DNA from: a virus
Virus record (IMG/VR): IMGVR_UViG_3300021364_000001
Span: 1 to 64,000 of that record
DNA: 64,000 bases
Strand: one strand, 5' to 3'
The position numbers and the translations under genes were made by a program. Below are positions 1-10,700 of the stretch, piece after piece. How positions within the stretch are numbered: the first letter of the stretch is position 1; each line of letters opens with the position of its first letter. The notes under the pieces are model-generated. The model was not told the origin of the DNA, searched no databases, and saw only the letters and a list, made by a program, of their open reading frames with translations.

Positions 1-1
1 C

Positions 2-3000
2 ACCATACTGGTTATTGAAACCAGTGAAAACATAACCACGAGCAATATCATACTTGGAACTCAGATCATATTCCAGGTTCTTGTTCCACTGGAACACATC
101 TGCTTCAAATGTAGCAAGTTGACCAACAGGTTCCAGACGAACGGTGGTATTGCCCTGAGTATAACCAACACCACGGTTGGTGATCTGCACAGAAATGACC
201 TTACCCTTGTCCTCACCAAGTGTACCAATAACAGCAGTTGCCGTAGCACCAAAACCATCACCATTAATGTAAATCGTGGGTGCAGTTGTATACCCAGAAC
301 CACTATTAATAATAGCGATAGAAACGATACGACCATTGATGACGATAGGTTGTGCCAGAGCACCTTCACCAGAGTTCAGTTTCAGGGTTGGATTGGAAGT
401 GTATCCACTGCCCTTAGAAGAAATGTTAACAGCAGAGATAGGACCACGGACTTGTGCAGTAGCAAGAGCACCAGTTCCGTTACCACCAGTAATAGAGATA
501 GTGGGTTGTGAAGTATAACCAGTACCAGGGTTTCCTACCAGAACACGAGTTACACGACCGTTAGTAACAACTGCTTGTGCAGTAGCACCAGATCCACCAC
601 CACCAACGATAGAGATCAAAGGTTGTTCAGTGTATCCAGATCCCTCATTGGTAACATCAACACTAGACAGTGAACCATTGACGACTACCGTTGCAGCAGC
701 ACCAGTACCACCACCGCCACTAATTTCCAGGTTAGGAGGAGAACCAGCATCATAGTTCTCACCAGGGTTGGTGATGTTAATACCAGTAACAGGACCAAAG
801 GTAACAAACTCTTGATCCTTGTAAGACCATGCAGCAACACCATTGACCCAAGAACCAATAGGAGTATTGGGTTTGATAGTAGTTCTTGTAGAAACGGTTT
901 CTACATTTCTGGGGAATCTTAGCAGTTTACGTTGGTTGCCAGGGATCAGAGCAGAACCTTGGAAAGGACCAATCTTATAATTAGGCAGACCAGAGGCAGC
1001 AACGTAAACGTAATCGTTATTGAAGAAAGAGTTTTGAACGTTAGAAGTAAACAGAGAGATCACTTCATCAATAGTGCTCTGTGTAGACTTACCTCTGTTA
1101 AGGTCCACAGACAGCAGGATGTTACCCTGAGGTTCGATATCAGTGGGAACAGGAATCAGATAAGAGAAAGTGAACTCATCCAGACGTGCAGTAACTTCAA
1201 ACGTACCATTATAAACAGCAGGGTTTGCACCATAGATGGTCACAGCATCTTCAACAAGCAGACCGTGAGGGTTAGAACAGGTAACAGTAGCAGTTCTGTT
1301 CAAACCACCTGGTTCAATGCGTTCAACCCGAATCAGTTTCTTGACGTTGTACAACCAGGATTGCAGCAACTCAGTTTCGTCAGTAGAACCAAGTGCAGCA
1401 ACATTCAGTTTGTCGCCAGGCAGATAATAGGAACCTGTATCTTCCAGAATGGTAGTTCCTGCTTCTGCAATACCCAAAATGCGAAGTTTGACTTCGTTTT
1501 CCTGTCCACGGTTAGCATATACGAAAATATCGGAATGGATGATCGTACCAGGATCCCAATCCTCTACAACACCGTTTTTAGAACGAGTACACTCAATAAA
1601 CTGGTTCAGAGACTTCTCTTTGTACTGAACAACCTCATTATCGTCAATAATAATCGTACCGTTCTTCTCAGGCCATCCAATAGTCGAGTCAACAGTGATA
1701 ATACCTTCTGTGGTGTCCAGAGGTTCGACCAAAACTGTTTTATAAGGAATTTTGAAATCGCCACTCAGTGTTTCTTCGGAAATAGCGAGTTCGTAGATAA
1801 CATCAGTACCTTCGATGATCGAAATGACGTTCTCGATCAAAACTGACGCATCTTTGATGTTCTGATCAACAGGATCAGCAATTTGGACCAACTGAGCATC
1901 TTTCAGGTCAGCAGGATTACCAGAAATCAGTTCTGCACGCAAAATGGTGTCTACAACCCAAGATGCAGCAGAAGGAGTGATCATCTCCTCCCTAGGATAG
2001 TACAAATCGACCTGTTCACCGAACAGAATCTTAAATAGGTACTGTGTAGCAGTTTTCGTACCTTTGGAGAGGTAGAAATCCTTAATGGACTTAATTACAC
2101 GAATAGGATTGACCTGAGAATAGTCAATCTGGATCGTAGGCATGTATTGACGACGGAACTTGTCAAATACTTGCTTGATGATCATCGAGTCAAGGTTGTG
2201 AACCACAGATCCACTGTTATGAGTCGATTGTGCTAGTTGTTCTTCCTTAGCAAAGACTTGGTTGTGGTATTCATCGAATTCTGCAACATCAGAGACGCCA
2301 CGAGCGCAACCACGCAATGAAGACGGTTCATATTCACGTCCAGAAGACAGAATAGTGAAACCAGTGATCTCACCGAAACCAACATCACAAGATGCTTGTG
2401 CAGAAAGCGGTGTAGCGATGTAAACCTTAGGTGGTTCGGTGTCAGAGTACCCAGAACCGAAGTTGACGATGTTGATATCAGTAATTTCGCCGTTAAAGAT
2501 GGTAGCAACTGCCTCAGCACCAGTACCACCGATTGCTTCACCCAGAGGACCCTTACGATCGTCTACAATGTAGACAGAAGGAGCATCGGTGTAACCAGAA
2601 CCACCTGTCAGCAGGTTGATGTTAGTTACATTACCGTTAGCAACGGTTACGTCGAGCACCTGTGCGCCCACAGGTTGGATGATACGTGCTCTCGGGGCAG
2701 AAGTGTACCCTCTACCTCTATTAGTGATGGTTACGCCGACAACTTGCCCATCAGGTGAGACAGTACAGGTTGCTTCTGCGTCGATACCGTCTTCGGGGGC
2801 AGGATCAATGTAGATTTCGGGAGGATTGCTGTAACCCAGACCCAAAGCAGTAACTTCAATCGAACCAGCAACCAGACGACCCTCAGAATCGATCACAGGG
2901 TCGCTGATAGCAGCACCGTTAGGGTTGATGAAGGTGATAGCAGGAATAAAGTCGTATCCAGATCCAGAGTTAGTGATCTCGATGCCAGAAACCTGACCAG

Positions 3001-4198
3001 TAGTATCATCAACAGTGATTTTTGCTGCTGCCTGTGATCCGTTGATCAGATCAGTAGGAGGAGTGATACTAACAACAGGAGGATTGACAGAACTGTAACC
3101 CTGACCACCGTTGATCAGTTGAGTATTCTTGATACCGTTGACCAAAGTACGACCAGCGGCAGACTCGCCTCTACCAGTCGAGGAGAAGATGGAAAGTTTT
3201 GGTGCAAAGTTAAGTTCATATCCACTACCGCCATTTTTGACGATGATCTTGTCGATCTCTCCGTTAGCACCTACTCTGGTAACTGCTTCTGCACCCTGAC
3301 CAACAGTAGGAGACACATATTCGATAGAACGAATGTGGAATGTGTCCTGAGTGGAGATATTTACGAAATACTTGATTCTAGTGTTGTTATCAGTCAGCAC
3401 ATAGTCATCATAAGGACGTTGGAGTACACCATTCCTATTGATGATCAGACCGATCTCAGCAATCGGAGCATAAGGCAGATTCTGATAGGTCATGGTCATG
3501 GAATCTTGACCAGACAGTTCATCGACCGAAGGAATTACCAGGTCTTTGATGACGGAATCAGCAAAACCAATATAATACAGGATCTGAGTCAGTTCTACCT
3601 GATCGTTACCAGTTCTAGCACGAGGAGGATTAACGAAAGTGATCTGAGAACCACTAATAGTGTAATCAACCGTAGGAATCAGTAGTTCACCATATACAGT
3701 AACAGCAAGGTGATCAGCAGAAACTGGGGACACAGGTGTACCCAGGAATTTCAGATCAAAGGTAGTGCGAGTTCCATCAAAGAACTCCCAGGGAGATTCA
3801 AGTGCTTGTCTCTTCTTATTAAATTCTTGCAGCGAGATACCAGGGGTCAGGATAGCATCAGGACCACGGACAATCTCTTCGTAATAGATGATTTCATTAT
3901 CGATCATCACCGAACCATTGCTCGGGATGAAACCATCAATTTCTTCTACTTCAATGAAGTCATCATACAACCCAACGTCTTTGATCAGAGAGGTAGAAGA
4001 CGTGAGTGTCTCCTGATCATACTCACTAAGATCCAGATACTTAACCAGATTGTTCAGGACGTTATAGGGACGACCTGTTTTCTCCTGAGATTTGTAATAC
4101 TCAATCAGAAAATTAACTAGTTGCTCATCCTCAGTCCTAATGAACTCAGGCAGTTGATTGGCAACTCTGTCTGAAACGTTGATTGTATTTGCAAACAT
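2..4198 (-). CDS. gp7: Baseplate wedge initiator / large structural protein (gp7/VrlC-like), 3' end runs off window
   Basis: Not in the ORF track (no stop inside the window). Read manually from ATG at 4198: MFANTINVSDRVANQLPEFIRTEDEQLVNFLIEYYKSQEKTGRPYNVLNNL. Contains repeated GGGGSGATA..V.NG.VT..GSGY..P units and lies directly downstream of gp6. Confidence 0.8.
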   Translation of the reverse strand, partial: MFANTINVSDRVANQLPEFIRTEDEQLVNFLIEYYKSQEKTGRPYNVLNNLVKYLDLSEYDQETLTSSTSLIKDVGLYDDFIEVEEIDGFIPSNGSVMIDNEIIYYEEIVRGPDAILTPGISLQEFNKKRQALESPWEFFDGTRTTFDLKFLGTPVSPVSADHLAVTVYGELLIPTVDYTISGSQITFVNPPRARTGNDQVELTQILYYIGFADSVIKDLVIPSVDELSGQDSMTMTYQNLPYAPIAEIGLIINRNGVLQRPYDDYVLTDNNTRIKYFVNISTQDTFHIRSIEYVSPTVGQGAEAVTRVGANGEIDKIIVKNGGSGYELNFAPKLSIFSSTGRGESAAGRTLVNGIKNTQLINGGQGYSSVNPPVVSITPPTDLINGSQAAAKITVDDTTGQVSGIEITNSGSGYDFIPAITFINPNGAAISDPVIDSEGRLVAGSIEVTALGLGYSNPPEIYIDPAPEDGIDAEATCTVSPDGQVVGVTITNRGRGYTSAPRARIIQPVGAQVLDVTVANGNVTNINLLTGGSGYTDAPSVYIVDDRKGPLGEAIGGTGAEAVATIFNGEITDINIVNFGSGYSDTEPPKVYIATPLSAQASCDVGFGEITGFTILSSGREYEPSSLRGCARGVSDVAEFDEYHNQVFAKEEQLAQSTHNSGSVVHNLDSMIIKQVFDKFRRQYMPTIQIDYSQVNPIRVIKSIKDFYLSKGTKTATQYLFKILFGEQVDLYYPREEMITPSAASWVVDTILRAELISGNPADLKDAQLVQIADPVDQNIKDASVLIENVISIIEGTDVIYELAISEETLSGDFKIPYKTVLVEPLDTTEGIITVDSTIGWPEKNGTIIIDDNEVVQYKEKSLNQFIECTRSKNGVVEDWDPGTIIHSDIFVYANRGQENEVKLRILGIAEAGTTILEDTGSYYLPGDKLNVAALGSTDETELLQSWLYNVKKLIRVERIEPGGLNRTATVTCSNPHGLLVEDAVTIYGANPAVYNGTFEVTARLDEFTFSYLIPVPTDIEPQGNILLSVDLNRGKSTQSTIDEVISLFTSNVQNSFFNNDYVYVAASGLPNYKIGPFQGSALIPGNQRKLLRFPRNVETVSTRTTIKPNTPIGSWVNGVAAWSYKDQEFVTFGPVTGINITNPGENYDAGSPPNLEISGGGGTGAAATVVVNGSLSSVDVTNEGSGYTEQPLISIVGGGGSGATAQAVVTNGRVTRVLVGNPGTGYTSQPTISITGGNGTGALATAQVRGPISAVNISSKGSGYTSNPTLKLNSGEGALAQPIVINGRIVSIAIINSGSGYTTAPTIYINGDGFGATATAVIGTLGEDKGKVISVQITNRGVGYTQGNTTVRLEPVGQLATFEADVFQWNKNLEYDLSSKYDIARGYVFTGFNNQYG

Positions 4199-4203
4199 TT
4201 ATC

Positions 4204-6438
4204 TTAGAAACAGGAGTCGAGTTCTGGATACGTGAAGTTTCCAGCGGGGTAGCTGATTGTATTTATGTTGCTGCCACCATAGTTCCATCCGTTGAAATTG
4301 AAGGGATCGAAGGCGTTTGCAGCACCAGGATTGACGTTCGTATCGCGTGGGAAAACACGAGGATTGAACAGTGTCGGATCCACGCCAGCGGGGATAATAA
4401 TCGATCCACCAGAAGGAAGAACTACAACAGGAATTCTAGTTGTACCATCGGGGGTGTCAGCCACATCAAGAGGACCAACACAAACAATACCTTTATTATA
4501 ATCAACTGTACCAACAGCATTATTCAGAATAACTTCCTTTTCATTTCTGTTAGTAACCATCATCATGTTACCAAGACCGTCATCACGAAGATTGACAGGA
4601 ACCAGTGTTGCTGTGCTCTGTGTTGCTGTGTTAACGAGGACGTTTTCGAGTGCAGTGTTACCACCAGCGATTACATCAGTGTTATTGACGGTTGTTCCTT
4701 CCAGAAGAGAACCAGCAGCCTCACCAGCAGCGATCAAGTCAGCAACTTCTTCTGTATAACCCGTAGCATAGAAGGTTCCAGACTTAACGGAAGAGAACTT
4801 GGGTTTACAGGCATCATTACCACCGTTACCTCCATTGCCACCATTACCACCGTCGCCGTCTCCACCTGTTCCATCACCATCTCCACCTGTTCCACCACCA
4901 TCTCCACCGTCGCCACCAGTGCCATTATTACCACCAAAGTCATTCGGGTTGATAATTGGGTTGGAGAAGTCCAGACACTGTGAGAACTGGTTACCAAACG
5001 TGAATTTGTCCAGATTCTGTCCAATACTCATCTGAGTAGTCGTACCACTGATTGCACTATCAGCAGAATCGACCATAGCATTAAATTTGGAAGGTTCTAA
5101 GCGACCATCAAAGCGATTATCACGATTCTGAGCGTTAAACTGGTCAACAGACTTTAAGATAGCAGAAGCAAGTTCGTTAGCAGAACGATTTGTCTGGTTT
5201 CCGTTGAAGTTGGGGTATACTGTTGGGGAGATATAGAAAATAGTCGGGTCAACGATCACAGGCTGAATCGATGCCATCGAATAATCAAGAAGTTGGTTCT
5301 TGATCTTCTGTTTTGTAGTGGTATTGAGGTTCACACCACTCTTGGTGCGAATAGCAACGTAAACTTTGCCATATTCTGGGGGAGACAACTTCTCACCACC
5401 ATATGCAGTTACTGACGCAGCAGAAGGATATAGTTGTGAGACCAAATATGCATAGTCAGACTCAGTAACTGCTCTATTCTGAACAGAGAACCCTTTGGGT
5501 GCCCTATACTTGATGCTCAAAGCACTTTCTCTCTCGGCACCATCAGCAGAAGTCTCAATAGTCTTCATCGTAATGGCCTGAGGCAGTACAGGACGACCAG
5601 AAGAGTCGATCGCACGACCGATGAACCCAAACTTCTTCGCACCGTTCGCTTCGGAACCATCGGTGTCGAGATATTCAACAGTGATGAACTCATTGTCGAT
5701 GAGTTTACGTCCAAGTACGCCATCACCGAACGTAATCTTGAATCTAAGGTCCTCAGTCTCCTCTAAGAAGTAAGTTCTAGACGTTGGAGTCAGTGCTGTG
5801 ACGTTATCAGAGAGGGAATACTCGTCAACTTCAACAGATTGCTCGTTAGGGCGAACCATAACCTTCATTCTGCCAGTATCCACGTTCTCTGACGGAATTA
5901 CATACTCAGGTTTTCTGGTATCGTCAACAGTAAAACTATAACTAAGGAGGTTGCCTTGATAAATCAACAGTTTGTTGAATGTAGCAATACCAGTTGATGC
6001 ATCAACTGCTTCTTCTACGTCATCGAGTGTTGCAAAGACGTATGATTCTCCATCAACAGTTGCTACAAAGACATCTCCTTTCTTAATTGTGATGGAAGTT
6101 GGGTAAGTAAGATCACCAGGCAACAGAGTTGCCTGCATATCCATAGTGATACATGCTCTTGCCGCTTTCTTGGACCTTGGGGTATAACCAATCTGCTTTG
6201 CAATCCTTACGATGTTGTCTCTAACAGTTGCAGATTCCAAAAACGACTCGTTCATCGACATGTTTGCCGTGAACGAAGCATAATATGTGTTGTATGCCAG
6301 AATATCAATCAAGTACGAGGCAGCAGATCCCTCAAAATCATAATCTGTGAACTCTTTTCTGGTTCTCAGATAAGATCTGATTGATTCTTTGATTTCAAAG
6401 AAGTCTAGGGATGTTAGTTCTGATGGAAGTGCTGCCAT
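4204..6438 (-). CDS. gp6: Baseplate wedge subunit gp6
   Basis: N-terminus LTSLDFFEIKESIRSYL...DYDFEGS...LIDILAYNTYY...ESFLESATVRDNIVRIAKQIGYTPRS and later QNRAVT..DY are typical of T4 gp6. Confidence 0.95.
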   Translation of the reverse strand: MAALPSELTSLDFFEIKESIRSYLRTRKEFTDYDFEGSAASYLIDILAYNTYYASFTANMSMNESFLESATVRDNIVRIAKQIGYTPRSKKAARACITMDMQATLLPGDLTYPTSITIKKGDVFVATVDGESYVFATLDDVEEAVDASTGIATFNKLLIYQGNLLSYSFTVDDTRKPEYVIPSENVDTGRMKVMVRPNEQSVEVDEYSLSDNVTALTPTSRTYFLEETEDLRFKITFGDGVLGRKLIDNEFITVEYLDTDGSEANGAKKFGFIGRAIDSSGRPVLPQAITMKTIETSADGAERESALSIKYRAPKGFSVQNRAVTESDYAYLVSQLYPSAASVTAYGGEKLSPPEYGKVYVAIRTKSGVNLNTTTKQKIKNQLLDYSMASIQPVIVDPTIFYISPTVYPNFNGNQTNRSANELASAILKSVDQFNAQNRDNRFDGRLEPSKFNAMVDSADSAISGTTTQMSIGQNLDKFTFGNQFSQCLDFSNPIINPNDFGGNNGTGGDGGDGGGTGGDGDGTGGDGDGGNGGNGGNGGNDACKPKFSSVKSGTFYATGYTEEVADLIAAGEAAGSLLEGTTVNNTDVIAGGNTALENVLVNTATQSTATLVPVNLRDDGLGNMMMVTNRNEKEVILNNAVGTVDYNKGIVCVGPLDVADTPDGTTRIPVVVLPSGGSIIIPAGVDPTLFNPRVFPRDTNVNPGAANAFDPFNFNGWNYGGSNINTISYPAGNFTYPELDSCF

Positions 6439-6439
6439 T

Positions 6440-6853
6440 TTAGGTGCGCTCTAAGAGGAAGTCGATAATTTGGACGAGTTCTTCGCCAACAATGCGATAT
6501 TCAATAGACACATCGAGTGCATCTTCACTTTCAGAGAGCGTCACTTCCACATCTTCAACCTCAACACGAGGTTCTAATCTTTCAATAGTATTTCTAATCT
6601 CATCACGTAGGTCTTCTGCGCTGAAAACATCAAATGGTTCAAACAGCATCCCTCTTACACGGGATCCAATATCATTCTGAAACGGTCTCTCTCCGAATGT
6701 TGTCATGACAAGGTTCCGAACTGATTGCTTGATAGCGTTTTCGTTTTTCAACGTAGCAAAATCTTCTGTGTTCGGGTTCATGTTGAAGGATATTGCAAAA
6801 TCCTTGTACCCTCGCGACAGAAATTGTTCAGATCGGAACCTATATCGTGCCAA
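6440..6853 (-). CDS. gp25: Baseplate wedge subunit gp25
   Basis: YKDFAISFNMNP...NENAIKQSVRNLVMTTFGERPF...IGSRVRGMLFEP...IERLEPRV; adjacent to gp6. Confidence 0.95.
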   Translation of the reverse strand: MARYRFRSEQFLSRGYKDFAISFNMNPNTEDFATLKNENAIKQSVRNLVMTTFGERPFQNDIGSRVRGMLFEPFDVFSAEDLRDEIRNTIERLEPRVEVEDVEVTLSESEDALDVSIEYRIVGEELVQIIDFLLERT

Positions 6854-6861
6854 GTTACTGA

Positions 6862-7044
6862 TTAATCAGTGTGTTCTGGTTTATTTATAGGGTCAGTGGG
6901 GGGATTGTATTTAAGGTATTCCCAGAAAGTCATTTTCATTTCTTTCTCGGTCATACCGCAGTGCTTTGCTGCTTCTGGGAGATTCATCCTGGCATGGAAG
7001 AGTCCAGTGTTGGACTCCTCTACCAGTTTGGGAGTGGTCTTCAC
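6862..7044 (-). CDS. Small hypothetical protein (KTTPKLVEESNTGLFHARMNLPEAAKHCGMTEKEMKMTFWEY)
   Basis: C-terminal part of track ORF 6862..7248. GTG at 7044 follows the stop of the upstream small ORF, so it is the more likely start. Confidence 0.6.
   Translation of the reverse strand: MKTTPKLVEESNTGLFHARMNLPEAAKHCGMTEKEMKMTFWEYLKYNPPTDPINKPEHTD
6882..6889 (-). promoter_or_regulatory. T4-type late promoter TATAAATA upstream of gp25
   Basis: Plus strand tatttata at 6882-6889, about 30 nt upstream of the gp25 start. Confidence 0.8.
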
Positions 7045-7045
7045 T

Positions 7046-7195
7046 CTATCTTCCTTGACCACGGTACTTCTTCTTCGCGTTGTTTCGTGATGTCGCGGCA
7101 TACTTAGTATTCTTAGATGATCCTTGACGAGTAGTCTTGGGTTTACCAGGCATAAAGTTAGCGCCTGAGAGACCGACTTTGCTTCGAGTTGCCAT
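7046..7195 (-). CDS. 49-aa highly basic protein
   Basis: Manual translation: MATRSKVGLSGANFMPGKPKTTRQGSSKNTKYAATSRNNAKKKYRGQGR*. Too short for the ORF track; fills the gap between neighbours. Confidence 0.75.
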   Translation of the reverse strand: MATRSKVGLSGANFMPGKPKTTRQGSSKNTKYAATSRNNAKKKYRGQGR

Positions 7196-7213
7196 GTTTC
7201 TCCGTTTGGGACT

Positions 7214-7756
7214 TTACGATGATAGCACAGTTGGGGACCCATATGCAATCATACTATTACACGGATATGACCAACCCAAGAAACCAGGTGTTCCAACACC
7301 AAGAGGATCTAGAACACGAGCAACAGGAAGTTTCAGAGCAAACACAGTCAGTGTTGATGTGAATGCAAATCGGAAGTGACCAATACCAGCACAGTCTTCA
7401 ATCGTAAGGATAGAACATGCAATGGGTGTGGGCACAGGACACAGACCTTTTGCACAAGGACACATATAGATTACGATGTTGGTACATGTCGAAACGTGTG
7501 GAGTAAACACATCACCAAATGTCATGGTCGGTAGACCATTTGTCAATACCGTCGCTTTCAATGCTGACAATGGGTTGATAGGAATCAACGGTTGTGGTGG
7601 CCACCAACATGTCCAGTCTTTAATAACAATACTGTAAGGGATTGGTGGAGTGCCACATACCTGCACAGAGTGTACTGTTGGTGGTATACAGATACCATGT
7701 CCTGAGTCAGGGAGACCTGTGATTGGTGCTACTGGTAGTAATAGTCCGTATGCCAT
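7214..7756 (-). CDS. PAAR-like spike-tip protein (gp5.4-like), Cys-rich
   Basis: GLPDSGHG...VLTNGLPTMTFGDVFTPH...C...VARVLDPLG...C...IAYGSPTVL follows the PAAR pattern; lies in the baseplate module. Confidence 0.7.
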   Translation of the reverse strand: MAYGLLLPVAPITGLPDSGHGICIPPTVHSVQVCGTPPIPYSIVIKDWTCWWPPQPLIPINPLSALKATVLTNGLPTMTFGDVFTPHVSTCTNIVIYMCPCAKGLCPVPTPIACSILTIEDCAGIGHFRFAFTSTLTVFALKLPVARVLDPLGVGTPGFLGWSYPCNSMIAYGSPTVLSS

Positions 7757-7758
7757 AA

Positions 7759-10700
7759 TTAGAAGTCTTCTGGGTTTTTCTGTCCGTTGAACAAGTTATC
7801 TACATCAGTAGAGAATTCTGAGATCTTACTATCTGTCTCTTCTTCAAAGTCAAAGTCGGGATCATAGAAGTCTTTCCAACTATCATCTTCAAACTCAATG
7901 TCGTTGATGTCATCATACTTTCCTGCCTTCTTCTGCTTTTTAAGAAGTTCCTTATCACCAGGATCATAAGAGGAACTATGCTTCTTCCTGAGGGGTACAG
8001 GTGGGTTAGGTTGAACCACCTCATCTCTTCTGTCAAAGATGCCACCACCACATTCATCAAAGAATGGATTGCCCATGTTCTTAGCAGTATTACCAAAAGC
8101 AATAGTAGAACCTGTACTCCAATTCTTGATCGCCATGGTTCCTGAGTATGGTCCCATTTTTAGTCCAAGTTGATCTTGTAGATATGGGTTGATTGCGATA
8201 GATAAGTCATTAACATATTCTAACGCAAACTCATTTGATCCAACACCAGAATTTCCATAGAGAATTGCGTACAACCATGATACTGAATACCAGCAGGCAC
8301 CACCACCAAAGTATCCTAGGACAGGTGCTCCGTATCCTTGATAGATCTGTGATTCCCAGAATGTTTCGCCAGGTGTCCTACCTTGGGTTTGGTTTTCTCC
8401 ACTACCATCTTTGAAGTATGCAGAGTATACATCAAGGACACCATCACGATTGCCATCACCACTGGATCTATACACATATGTATCCCAACATTCCTCCGCA
8501 GGCATACCTCCACTCAATCGTTTGAGTGAGGCACAATACATGAAGTTATTAGTATTAGTGACACCAGGGGTACTAGATGTCCCTGGGTCGTAATCAGGGT
8601 CCCCTGGGTTCCCTGTGGCGGGCGTTCCAGGCGTTGTAGCAGTAGTGTAGCTAGGTGTCTGAGTTCTATACGATTCGATGTTATCACCTAACCAGACTTG
8701 CAACTGTTGCAACTCGGTATAATTAAGGTGACCCCAGTCGTAAGTATTCTCGTCTAGACCAACAGGGACGAAAACAACATCATCTCCCCCAGAAGGATCC
8801 CAATAACAACGACCTTCGATCTCTTGGTTTGCAGATGCAGCACCCAAGTTACGGGTACACTTCCAACAATCCTCTTCATCACCACTAAATTGAACAGGAC
8901 GTGGTGGTGTCAATGATGGTTGTGGCAGTTTGTGCATGAAGTCCATGAACTTCTCGCCGTCTGGACCCGTGGTCTTACCACGAACTTCAAGGTTAACTTG
9001 GAAATGACCGTTGTCAGACTTGGAAGCACAATACTTGTAGACGATCCAACCGAATGCTCTACCAGTTTCTTCATCAATATACGGACAAGGTAGATCTTTG
9101 AATCGTGTTACGTTGTAGAACTTAGGTTGAGGGACAACAATACACTCCTGATCATTGTTCCAACCGTACAGACTCGATATTCTATCAGTCTGTTTGTCCA
9201 CATCATCAGCACCTTGCTGGATTTGATCATAAGTATCACGCATCATATCATTAAATTGCTGACTTGCCTTCATGATATGCTTCACATCAGGGACTGTGAA
9301 CAGTGCTTGACCCGCGAGAGCAGGCATATTGATCTTTACGCAGTCGCCAGGAAGACTACTACACAGAGAAATCTGCTCTACCTCATCAACCTGACCAATT
9401 TTGATGTATCCAGTTGGGTATTTTGTGTTAAATCCCTTCATCATTGTGTCAAAAGACCCAATCGTACCGTCATCTAGGACGGAAAGTTCAGATTCTTTGA
9501 GTTTTCTGCCCTTTTTAGGCGCAGGCATCTCTCGAATGATGTCTTTGAGCGTCTTTTTGTCGATGGTAATGTCTTTCAGGTTACCATTTTCGTCAACACC
9601 ACCGTTTTTGATGACTCTTTTCTTGTTAGTCTTGTCGTTTACTGCCTCTTGGAACTTCTTCTGCCCCTTTTTGGTGTTGGGACCACGCATTGTGTACTCT
9701 TCTTCCTCGACTTCGACCACAAAAACCTTCGGTGGGTTATTAGGATCGGGATCATACCCTCTTCCACGGTCCTTAATCCTCACTTCAAGGATCAAACCGT
9801 CAGGATCTAAGCGTGCAACCTCCAAAACAGCGGGTTTCATGTTCTCTCTTCTGCGAGATTCACTACTAACTGTCTGTAATTGCTTGTTCTCGAACGAAAT
9901 TGTTTGAAGTTCCGAGATATTTTCATCCTGATCGGCACCTTCGATCTTCAAATCGGAGTTTTTACTGTACGGAGCAGCGTCTTTACGGTCAACACTGTTC
10001 TGTTTGATGTCTCGTTTGATCTGTTTATTGACATTTTTCTGAATACGCTTCATATTGAAGTTGTAATCTTCACCATCGTAGTTCTCAACCTGGTTAGTTG
10101 GGGACTTATAGTTGGGAAGTTCATAAGACATCTGCTGAATAGTGTCTCTTGTCATGTCCATAGCGCCATACTCGTTCAAGAGTGTGGGTTCTTGGATCAC
10201 AATCTTCGGATTCTTGTATCCAAATCCAGCATTCTCAATTCTCACAGTCTCGATTCTGCCCTGTGTGTCAACTGAGACGCTCAATTCTGCCTGGTCTAGC
10301 GTCTTGCTATGGACCAATGCCGTCTTATCGATCTCCACTTTGTAGTAAGAGAGTTTCTTGGGGAACTCATAGACGCCAAAAAACCCTGCTCTACCGCCAA
10401 TACCGTACCCACAGAGGATTTCAATGCGTGCAGCATCCCTTCCTTTGGGTGTAAACTGCTGTCCTGCCGTAAATACATCACCCTGACCCTGCAATTCCAT
10501 GTAACCACAGCGTAGTTCATTGCCAAAATACCCATACTCACCGATCTCCCACCCATTAATGGTGTCACCAGTCTCAAAACGATCCAGTCCACCAGAGACA
10601 TAGCGGAACAAAATGGTATGACTCTCGGTATCTACGGTCTTGAAGCACTCTTCTACCTCGCCATCAGCGAAGTTAGTGAGTGTCAATGAGGAACTAGTGG

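Noticed and set aside
61-4983. Plus-strand ORFs such as 932..1846, 3119..3685 and 4183..4983
   Set aside because: They lie antisense to gp7 and gp6, have no recognisable motifs, promoter or RBS, and look like shadow frames of codon-biased genes.
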